Source: Rickettsiales bacterium (GTDB lineage: Bacteria; Pseudomonadota; Alphaproteobacteria; Rickettsiales; UBA1997). Taken from it: a stretch of DNA of 36,825 nt. Below, piece by piece: positions 1 to 12,000 of this stretch. The stretch lies in assembly GCA_032119875.1 (NCBI GenBank), contig JAUMFK010000076.1, positions 1 through 36,825 of the forward strand, read 5' to 3'. Each line of letters begins with the position of its first letter. The stretch's first letter is position 1. A program made the translations under genes and the position numbers. The notes below the pieces were generated by a model. It saw only the letters and a program-made list of their open reading frames with translations. It was not told where the DNA came from and did no database searches.

Positions 1-3000
1 GAGTTCCGCTATAGCCAGTGTCACAAGATGCTCCTGAAATTGATAGCGGAGTTGACCCTGTGTAGCTATAAGTAAAGCGACTTGGTAAAGTATAGCCAAC
101 AGTTGCGCTTGGAGCAGCACAAGTGTTAGTAGAGCATAAATTATCGTAAAGAGATGGGGGTGAGCCAAAGCTTGATTGCGTAGTGCATTTATATAATTTA
201 GAACCAGTAGAGCCAGTGGGGCAATTAACATTAACAATATTAGAATCATCTTGTGAAATAAATATAGAATCGATATTAGAACCATCATCTTTTTTACAAA
301 AAATACCTGGCTGATTGCAGTTAGTTGTAGCTATATTATAATTTAAATTATCAACTGGCAAGATACAATAATTACTGCTTATACAACGATTATTAGTGTA
401 TATAATACCACTCGCTTGATCACATGTAACTGATAGATCAGATGAAAAATCATTGCTATGAATAGTATAGCCAGAACGGCATTGCAATTGATAAAAAACA
501 TCTTGATGTCTCATTTTTTCAGAAGCTACCACTATATTAAATCCATCTGCAGAAGAAGAATAGGTGCAGGCTATACCACATAATTTATCTGGGCTAAAAG
601 GGTTCGAAGGATCGTTTCTATACCTTACATTACCAGAATCGCAAATAATTTCGTTTGCTGATCTTCTGTCACCTTCGCATGTGCCAGTGTGTGTTCCATC
701 ATGGGTTTCTAGAGATAATGAACAACCCAATATTTTTTCTCTACTACAAAAATTTGTAACTAACCCATTTCCACAGTTCTTGGGTCTGCAAGTCAAAGTA
801 TTAACATATTGTGGAGTACTTCCACTTCCATCACAAGATAATACACCTGAGGCAGGATCGTAGTTATTTTTACACTGCACTTCTGTTGCACTTCCTTCAT
901 AAAGTGTAACTTGTGTATTCGAAGAGCCAACAAGCATCATTTGAGTAGGTAAAGTATATGGGGAAGAAGAGCAAATTCTTCCTGTAGGAGCAGGAGCATA
1001 ACCAGAACGAATAATAGTAGCTACTCCTGTTTTTCTACATGTGCGACTATTATAGTCATAATTATCATAATTATCAGGGCATCCCCACATAATAATTTTT
1101 AAGTTTTTATCTACACCAGCAGCAAAACCCCCCTGACCATTATTACAATTTGTAGAGCCAGCTGCACCACCGTGTCCGTGTGAACTAGATTGTTGAGAAC
1201 AATTTTCATAAAGAATCTGATCGCCATCAACTGTTTTGTTACTATAAAAACCACGACAAGCAGAAGAAGTTTGTAATACTTTATAGCTATTATAACTACT
1301 ACATAAACTTGCAAAATAACTACTCCCTAGTAAACTTAAATTAACGGGAGAAGCAGATAATAAATTTATACCAGCAGCATAAGTTCTTTCACCGAATTTA
1401 CCTGACCCAAACCAGTCCCCGCTACAATTACAAACATTAGCAGCTCTTCTATCCACAATCATATCTCTATCAGCAAAATCAGGAAGTCTTCTGTTATCAT
1501 AATTATAGCTACCGCCCTTAAACAACGAAACAAGACTATCACACATAGACTCTTTACCCATAACACAGCCATCATCAACACCCTTCTTCCATTCTTTCTC
1601 AATTCTTAAATCGCCATACTGAAAAAACATTTCATAAACTACACCATTCGCAACAGAATGTTCATCTACTTGACTTCCTTTAGTTCTTGTAGATGTATAT
1701 CTAAATATTTGAGATTGTTCTTGTTTTTTACCAATAAAAGAGTTTGTTAAGCCCCATTTGCCATGCACTTGACAAATTGCAGAAGGATTCATCGGAGCAT
1801 TACCTTCTCTTTTTAATCCCCAGCAAAATACCGATGATGGTTTTCCATCTGTAATATAACCATAAGTAACATTAGAAGTAACGGTAGTAGATGTCCCTAT
1901 TTCATTGTTGCATTGCGATTGGGCAGAAACACTATCAGCATCGTCATAATTACCAATCGCTCTTTTTTCAAATAAATTAAACAGACCTGCAACATTACTT
2001 TGATAGCTCATATTATTTATAGCACCAAAAATTGCAAATTTTTTAATTTGTTTTGATTGATCAGCATAGACACCGTTATAAAAATTATAATTATCATGCA
2101 ATTCAAATTTTTTATATTTTTCATAAGGATCATCTGAAACAAAATAAGCTTTAGATATTGTAACTTTTGAATAGTTTTCGATTGAACCTGAACCATCAAA
2201 TCGCTTATCTATATTAGCACCAGATGACCCTTGTCTACCGATTCTTTGGATGATGCCAGAATTACATTTTTGAACACAACGACTGCTAGGATTTTCAGGA
2301 GATATTTTATAAGTATTTAGATAATTAGAAGAATTCTCACATCTATATCTTGGATTTGTGCCCCAGTAAGCAGAAGAACTAGAAGGGTTATTGCCAAAAT
2401 CTGGGTTATAAAAATTATAATATATCCAATTAGCAGGTGCTGGTGGTGTGCTATCAACATAATTATAATTACACATTGCATAAGCATAAATATTTTTTGA
2501 AGTAATATCTAATGAACTCACATCAAATTTATTATTAGAAACACCAAATCTATTATTAGAATCACCAATAATGCGATAATCTGGTATTACTGGAATTTGT
2601 ATGATACTGTCAATTGGTGCAGATGTTTCTTCGGCCAATCTATAAAAAGCATCACTAATTTTTGTCATATCATATAATGTACTCTGTTTTAATAAGCCTT
2701 GATCAAAACCAATAGGAAAATCAAAACTAGTGCTTCCTCTAATACTCTCAATTGTTGGCAAATGGTCGCTGCCTGGCTCAATATTGTTTGCTCTCACAAA
2801 GCCTAAAATAGAGTTAATATCATAGCCACCTTTTGCTGGACCAGCAATTGGGCAAAGCGAAATTGGATCTTGCCATTTACCACTTTCACCACACCTACGA
2901 TATAAAATAACAGAATCTTTCATACCATCTTTTTCGTAATGCAAAGCACTGAAAGGATCGGTCTCTACAGGAGGATTATTTAAAACGAGTTTATCTTGTA

Positions 3001-6000
3001 TAATTTTGTAAGTATTTCCAGATTTTTTAAGAATTAAAGTAACATCATGTTTATGCGGTAATTCTGGCCAAATAATATGTAAAGTAGCTTGGTTACCTGT
3101 TATATTAACAACTTTTACTGCGATTTTATCTCTGTTTAAAACAGCAGAAGATGATGAATTCTCAATATTTAAATAGCTATTTGCAGTTAAGTCACCAAGA
3201 CCAGTTGCATCAATTTTATGCTCGGTAATTGCCGAACCAATTCTGGAATCAAAGTTATTATCAGTAATAATTGCCTCAACATCTCCATCAGTAGCTACGG
3301 CTTGTGTTAAACCAGGGCAGGTATTTTGGCAAGCAGAATCTGGCAAACTCCACACATTACCAATACCATAGCGACAAGTTCGACTTGGAAGTGGGTAATT
3401 ATCCTGTGGATTAGATGCGGTTTTTGAAAGAAAATCGGTAGCATTTATTAACAAATAATAATCAATGCCAACTCCATTAGTTGCTTCATCAATGGCTCTT
3501 AAAATATATTTACCAGATAGCTCTTGATGATTAAAATCGGTAATTAAATTACCTTGACTGTTATATTTTTTAACTGGCTTTGCATTGTAATTTATCATAT
3601 AATTATCAGAAGGATTGCCAGAAGTAGGGCTTGGGCTTGGAGAAGAAAAAGTAATTTCAGTTTCTTGATTTTTTGTTAAAACAGGAGAACCAGAAGTAAG
3701 AATCATAGTGCAGTTGTAGTCTATTGAAGGTGAGCCACTAATATCGTTAGATTGCATGCAATTATTTATAGTAGCATTGATTACACCACCTGTCAGCACT
3801 CGCTTTAAACCATTATAAACACCAGAATTATTAATTTGTTGCCATTGCAAATGACCTGCAGAGTTTTTTACTAATTGTAGCACAAAATGATTACCCAAGG
3901 ATGCACCAGAAATATTGATATCATTTGTAGAATAAGGATTTTTGCTAAATTTTAAAACACTAGGATCAACATCAGAACTTAAATTAATTTCTACCACCTC
4001 ACCTTCAGAAATTTTATCAAGAACATTATCAAAAGGGCAAGCTGGGTAAGTACTATGGCCACATAAACAATTAACACGATTACCCCCTGAACAATCTGTT
4101 GTTGTAAAAATTTTTCTTTTATTTATGTTGTATTCTTGCCAACGATTATCATCTGTCATTTTTGCTGGTTGCACCAAAACCAACAAGTAATATCCGCTTT
4201 CTAGTTTTATTTGATATTTAACATTTGGCAAAATATCATAAGAAGCAAATTTTTCTTTAGCACCAAGAGAATCTTTTTTATATAAAGGATATGTGGTTGC
4301 GGTGTCCGATTTTTTCAAAAATACATTTTCTACAATATTTGCTTTATCAAATTCAACTATACATCCATCTAAAGAAGTGCATTCATCTGCATTATAAACA
4401 TCTGTACTTTTAGTAGAAGAAGCAACATCGTAAGAAACCGAATATGACACAATAGGATTACTGATAAATTCGAATTTAACACCTTCTAGGCTACGAAAAG
4501 GCGGGTATGGATATGGTTTTTTACCAGTAAAACAAGAAGGGGTAGATTTGCTAATATAAGAAAAAGGAATTTTAGTAGTAACTGGGCTACATCTATCGCC
4601 ACAAATTTTAATTTTATTTTCAGTTTCTGCCCATTGCGAATAACCATGAATTTCGGTATCAGCCATCGAAACATCAACCGCATCGCAAGTAGAAATGCAA
4701 GGCTCTTTAATTTTTAATATACCTTGGTAATTACACAACAATTCTGGATCAAAATTAGCAGCAATTATTCTGTAACCTAAAGAAACTAAACATTTACCTT
4801 CAATATCGTAATCATCATCATCTTGTTGCGGAGTGCCATCACTCGTTTTTTTGCCAGAAATTTGAGCATGCTCTATTGTTTTGTTTCGCATTGCAGGAAT
4901 TAATGTTCTTGTATCTTTTGTATCTGGTTGGAAACCAGCTATTTTGCTCCATACTTTTAAAAGCTTTTCATGCTCTATTGTAGATTTATTGCTTTTTGTA
5001 GTTATCAGAAGATCTGCATCATTGATTATAAAATTTAAAGATTGTTTTGTTATTTTAAAATACCAAGCATTAACTGGATCGTTACCATTAAACCTTCTTT
5101 TATCTGAATCTGATGCAATTGCACTAATATCGATATTGTAAACCGCAGTATCACCAATTTTAATTATATGTAATTCAGTAGCATCTTTACAAGGTGCTAA
5201 ATTATTAGTTTTTAAATAATAATATTTATTATCAATCGGTTCTAAATATAATGATGTTATTTGGGTATTTAACTCGGCAATAATAACTTGATTACCAGCA
5301 GATGTTGAGCCACATTTTTGTTTAATTAAACGAATTGGTGTTGATTTAATTGGTGTTATTGGTGTTGAATCTAAAAATTTATTTTCTAAATCAGTAATAG
5401 AACACTTAATTCTTTGGCAACTGTTTAATACTGTTTCACCGCGATTTCCAGAAAAAATGACCCCGTCATAATCTTTTAAAAATTCTTGACTTCCCCAATC
5501 GAATCGCCAATAACCAAATTGATTACATTGAGTAGAAGGTAAAGTGCCGCCAGTATTATGATAAACATTATTCACTGAACCCTCTTGATTTGGGCAAATA
5601 GCTGTAAGCATTTTAATAGAATCGGCAATTTGAGGTCTGGCACAAACAGAGTCATCAAACAAACCAGCATTTAATATAGCACCATCTTTAGCAAAACCAA
5701 CTAAACAAGCACTTTTATCATAAACCTCTTCTATAAAATCAGTTGTTTTTAAAAAAGGTTGCCAATAAGCCCAGCCTCTTCTTTTTATAACATCTAAACC
5801 AATACTATAAGCACTGTCATTACTGTATAAACCATTTCTATCTGCCTGATTTTCATAAACATCAGAAGAACTTGATTTTCCATATTCAATAGTAGGGCAA
5901 GAATATCGTTCGCAAGCAGAAGAAGGGGGAGTAGCTGGCAATGTTAAACTAGGAGTAGAAGCAAGATCAGAAGCAGTGCACTTATATCTTGGCGAATTAT

Positions 6001-9000
6001 CTATATTTTTATTTTTCCAAAAACCATTACAAACCCCATATATTCCTTGATCATCCACAAAAGCAACATCGAGTTCAGCATTAGCAGTTAGAGAATTTCC
6101 TCTAATAATTTGACCATCTTTTCTATCTTGGTGAGATATATCAACCCCATAATCTTGTGTATCAGTTTTAACAGAATATGTTGATGGGGCTTTGCTTATC
6201 AAGCTTTTATATTTAATGTTTCCTTGTTGAATCAAAGAGTTTCTGTCTAGATCATCCTCTACAAAGTTTCCATACTTTAAATTTTGCAAAGGATATAATT
6301 TTGCCTTACAAAATCTAACTAATTTAGGAGCATTAATAGCCCCTCCGCCAATTCCAACACATAAATTATTAATACCTGATATGATGTTGTCATCTGAAGC
6401 AACTACACCTATTTTATACTCATAAACTTCTGCAAAACGACAAGAAGCTGAAGTTGGGCAAGATTTATAATTATCTGTGCCTATCATTTTTCCTTTTAGC
6501 TTATAAGAAAGCCCTGTTACTTCTTTTTGTTCAACAAATTGCGGTGGTTGCACAATTAAATTCTCCACACCTTTTTTTAAACATATCATATTATTAAATC
6601 CCAAAGCATCTTTTGCAGAATTAGAAATACTAGATTCTAATCCAATTCTATTATTAAATTCTGGATGTAGAGTTTTAATTTCTGGATAGTTTTCAATATC
6701 ACCATGAGTATAACCATTAGTTTCATTACAAGAATTAAGTATTGTGTTTATGCAAAAATTTCTAACTTCTAACATTCTGTATAAATTTTGTTGTATATTT
6801 AATTTATCTTTTGGTTTTATAAAACTATTATAATTAACGTCGTTAATACTAGAATTTAATCTATCAAAATCTTTCTTTGTTTGCACAATTGATCGGTTGC
6901 ATATAAGCTCTTCAGTATTGCAAATTTTCTGAATTTCTCTTTCATTATCAACACAATCTAGGTTAAGAGTTGTGCAGTAATGCCTTGCAGACGATATTTG
7001 AATACCTTCAAAATAAATATGATCTTCTATGAAACCAAGATTTTTAGCATCATTTAAACCATCTGCAGTATCTTTTAATTGATATTTAGTAGCAACTGTT
7101 TGACCAGCAGTGAAAATTTTAAACATATCAGCAATATCAGTATAAGAAGAAACATCAGAATATTTATATTGAAACCGAACTTCATGATTTAAAAAAGCAT
7201 TAGAATCACCAGCAGAAACAGCAGTTTTAAAAAGCTTCATGTTATTAACCAACGGCTGTTGTCTTGCGAAACAAGCAATAACTTTTAAATCACCATCCTC
7301 TACCGTAGCGGGCAGATTGCCATTCATACTAGCTCGATACACACACAAAACAGGATTTTCACCTTGCTGTTCTTTTTTCACGAAAATTTGGGCATATAAT
7401 GTAGTATTGCTAGTAGAAGCATTTATTTGTTTAAGATTAGAAGCAATAACAACTCCATATGGTTTTGTATTGCCTCTACATTTATTAGATATAGTGTCAG
7501 CACCAGAAATTGTGTTAAGATTAGGGTTATGATGCTCTTTAAATGAAGAATCATCTCCAAATCTTGATGGTGCTGTTGTGGATACAGTATTTTTTGATTG
7601 ATTAACCCCATATGTATCGCTTTGTCCATTACTACTATTTAATTTGTCTATCAAATCATTTTCATTGGTGATGCCTGGTATTTCTTTTAACATAAATTTT
7701 AATCTTTCATTTCCAGTATCATCAAATTTATAAATGGTTTTTCCTTCGATAATTGTTGGCGGATCTTCAATGTTGTTACACTTTGTTAAAGAAGCATGCT
7801 TTTTAGGAATTTGTAAATAATAATATTTATCGCCATATCTTAAAACAATTTCTGGATCAGAAAAATTTAATTTATCAATATCACTAATTTCGGTGGCTTT
7901 TTTCCATGGATTAGTAGAAGATGTTGTTTTTAAAGCAAAAACCATCGGCTCTGGTGCAAATAAATTAGGAGCATTATCTGGAGTAGAAACAGCCGAAATT
8001 AGCGGAAAACCTACTCTTTTCTGCACTGGTACACAATCTGATTTTAACCAAACTTTTTCTTTTAAAAAGTTATTTGGCTGAAAATCTTTATTATACAAGG
8101 CTTCAGTAATTGAAGGTCTTGGGGATTGCACGATAAGGGTTGCAATAGATAATATAGGTATTGTGGGCCTCGTGGAAGAGGAAATCGATCCATCTTCTCT
8201 AAGAAATGTAGTATCATCAAAAGTAATACCATCGAACGAACAGTTATCTTTTTTATCTTTTCTTATTCCCACACCAAAATAACCACATAAAGAAAGATCG
8301 TCTGGAAACGAGGTGCTAAGCCACAGCCAAGTAGGGTCATTATCGTTACGATAGCCGTTAAACCCATAGTAAGGATTTTTTTTACCTCTTGACATTTGCA
8401 ACAAACCATATTTGTTATCAGGTCTTTCTTCTGCTGCCTTATTTCGTTCTTCTTGATGAGATTTAAAAATCTCATCTTCATCTAATGTAGGATCGATTCT
8501 TTTTATAGTTCTTATTCTAGTATCATGATCATATACCGTAGTAATTAAACCATCTTTTGCCTTCATTTTAGCAGGAAAAAGATTGCCTACATTTGTATCT
8601 CTTCTGTAATCATATCGAGTAGAATTTTCTGCAATACTTGGCACACTATAACCTAAAAATTCAATATTTGGATCATCAGAAATATTGCTAATAAATTTAA
8701 TTTTTCGCACCGTTCTCCACACCGTATGGTCTGGAAGACCTGGCATGCCACCAATACGAGTATTAAGATCGGCAAAAGTATTAAAACTACCTTCTGCAAA
8801 ACTACAATCTTTTTTGTTATTATCAAACACTCTGCCTCCATAACAAATTTTGGCACCATTTGGCAATTCAAAATAAGAAGCTTTATTCATATCTTCTTTA
8901 TGAAGATTGTAGGTATTTAAATCTATGCCATAAAAATCAAGTTCGGCACACACATAGCCTTGTTGATCATAAAAAGCTCTCACTCGATGATTAGTATAAT

Positions 9001-12000
9001 CCCAAGTTGCCCATATTGCACCACCAGGTATTAAACTTTTACCAAGCTTTTCAAGTCTCTCTAAATCTGGGTTGCTATATAATTTTGCACATTTTTCGTA
9101 ATCATCAGGTAATCGGCGGTAAGGGTATTCATGGTATTCATCAAGAAATTTGCCGATCTTCAGAGGATCGCTTTGAGGAAGCGATTTTAGTAGGTCATTA
9201 ACAAACCAAACAGATTGTTTTTTACCATCAATATCTGCAAGGGTTGATAACAAATGACATTTGCTATATGCAATACTGGTACCTGGATCTTCAACCATAA
9301 ATTTACGACACTGATCTTCGCCACATTGCATCATACCTGGAGGATTATCTATTCGACATTCTCTTCTACCACAAGCTCCCAGAGCATTTGTCGATTCGTA
9401 TCGTAAACAAATATTAACATAATACTCAAGTTTTTTTGTGGTGCTATTCCATTTTGTATCAGAAAATGCAAATCTTCGAGTATCGCTCATAACATTATTT
9501 GTTTTTAAACCAAATCTACCCCCTTGCACTAAAACAGGAGCAAAATAAGCAAAAGTGCTTTCATCTGGTAATCTTGTTGTATCACGATTCATTCCGCATA
9601 ACAATTTTCTATCAAATGAAGAGGTATATGTATAATCTCCATAAGGATTAATTCCCATAACAGTAGAGCCTCTTAAAGCTACAGCGCTAGGAGAAGCAAC
9701 TTTATTAATAGAATGCAAACCAACTCTATCAAGTATACCAGAATCTAAACCTTCTTTACTTGACACTAGATTATATTTTTCTTTTTCAGAATCATCGCCG
9801 TAATTACCATGGCCATAATAATAAATTGGCGGATATTGAAAAAAATCTAAATATTTACCTATACTGCTTTTATCATCATATCTAATTCCAATCACTGAAC
9901 TTTTAATAACCCTATTTAAATAACCTGATTTTGTAGAATCACTAGTGCCACGACTATTTGGAAAATCAACAGTAAAAGCCTTATAACATTTTTGATTACT
10001 TCCGCAATCTCTTACTGTTTGTGTTGCATCTAGGCCAGATGTATTTGGCTTTGGAAAAAAGAACCAGCTATAAAAAGGATCTTCATATTGATAATAACCC
10101 ATATCACTTGTTACTTCTTGCAAAGAGCCTTCTGGAGGAATGCCACTTGGAGGAACTACTTCATTTTCGATAATAGGATAATAAGCATCAGGAGGAGTTG
10201 ATTTTTTAAACAAACCAGCATAAAAATTTGGTTTATAACATATATAGCAAGAATTAGCAGGTTGGCAAATAGACTTCACAGAACTATCAAAATCAATAGC
10301 TAGACCTCCGCTCATTACATATCTAGCTTTGTCAGAATCGTTAATTGAAAAACAATAACAATCATAACAGCTGGTATTATTGCTATTTATAATTTTATAG
10401 CTTAAAGATGTTTTGCTATAATTAATTGTTGTTTTAGCACTTGGCACAAAAATAGTCAACAATAAAGGATCTGCATCGCATTTATTGATTATAGCACCTT
10501 TATTGGCATCAAATGCACCGCTAACATCTGTATTAGTAAAATTAGCATAATCGCTAAAACAATCTAGAGAACCCAGGCTATTTAATGCATAATTAACTAC
10601 ACATTTTTTAGGATTAGAACCAGTTCCAAGACAACCGATAGATCTATCATTTATGTTAGTATCGCTTATGCTTGTTATTGTTTTTTGGCCATTAAAAAAA
10701 ATGTCAAAATTTTTAAATTTATAATTACTCAATAAATAGCAAGCTTTTTTATAATGATCTAATCTACAAGAAAACTGGCTAGAATGATAACAAGCAAATT
10801 TACCAGATAACTCACTGCCACCAAGACCTGATATAGTTTGAGAAGCACCAGAAGAATCAGTATAAGTATAAGGATTAGTCGGAAACATATAATTTATTCT
10901 ATTTGCATAATAATTACATTGCTCATCAATACCAGATGGTGATGTAGCAAACACAGTAGCATCAAAAACCGAATGATTGATCTTGTTATAATCTGGAATG
11001 TTATCATCATTATTAAAACCTGCTGAAACTGCTGGACCAATAATGTTGTGATCTATTCGTTTGTGAATCAAAAAAGCTAAGTTTCCTTTAAAACAAGCTT
11101 TGGTAATATAATTTTTTAATTCATCAAGTTCTATTGAAGTTGCTTGTGAAGTTACTTGTTTAGTAGTTTTAGTAAGAGCTAAAATTTCAAGATCATTTAA
11201 AATATTACATTTAATATTGGCATCTTCATATTTGCTATATTGAGCAGGCAAACAATGAAAAAAAGCTTTCGCTTCTTGTAACTGCTCATCACTAAACATC
11301 GAACAACGAGTATCAACTTTACAAAAATATTCACCTTCACAAAAATTTTTACCAAGAGTGCTCGATTTTGTATCGGCTATACCATTTTTTCCACCTGTAG
11401 AATCTTTCCAAATTTGGTTTAAATCACAATTTCTAGTGCCAATAAATTTAAGCTCTTGTTTAGTAAGCAATGAACAGCTTGGTTTGTTAGTGGCATTATA
11501 ATAATTATCTAGAGTTTGTGTAATTTTATATTTAACCGCAGGCGAACCTACAAAAAAAGCTCCACTACCATCATTTCTTGTGGTGTTTCTAAAAGGTTTA
11601 ACTTTTAAAGAATTAGCATCAACTTCGTTAACACTATCATGATTTAAAGTATCGTTAAATAGAGCATCTTGCACCTGTATCATATCAACATTTTGAAGAT
11701 AATTATTCGCTGGAATTGAAAGGGCAGCTTGAGCGAGTTTAGAATAAGTATAAGGCTTACCGCAACCAATTGTAGATAATGAAGTATCGTTGCAATTTCT
11801 CGGTTCATAGTTAATAATTGGAATTGATTTAAGGTTTACAGAATTTGAAAGATCTTCATCGTATGTTGGTTTATCAGTTTTATTGATTTCTGCAACTCCT
11901 AAAATATATTCATTATCAACAAATACTGGTGAACCGCCAGCAACATTTTGCTTTACCATACCTAAACAACCAAACTTCTCTGCCACTTGTATAGTGCTTG

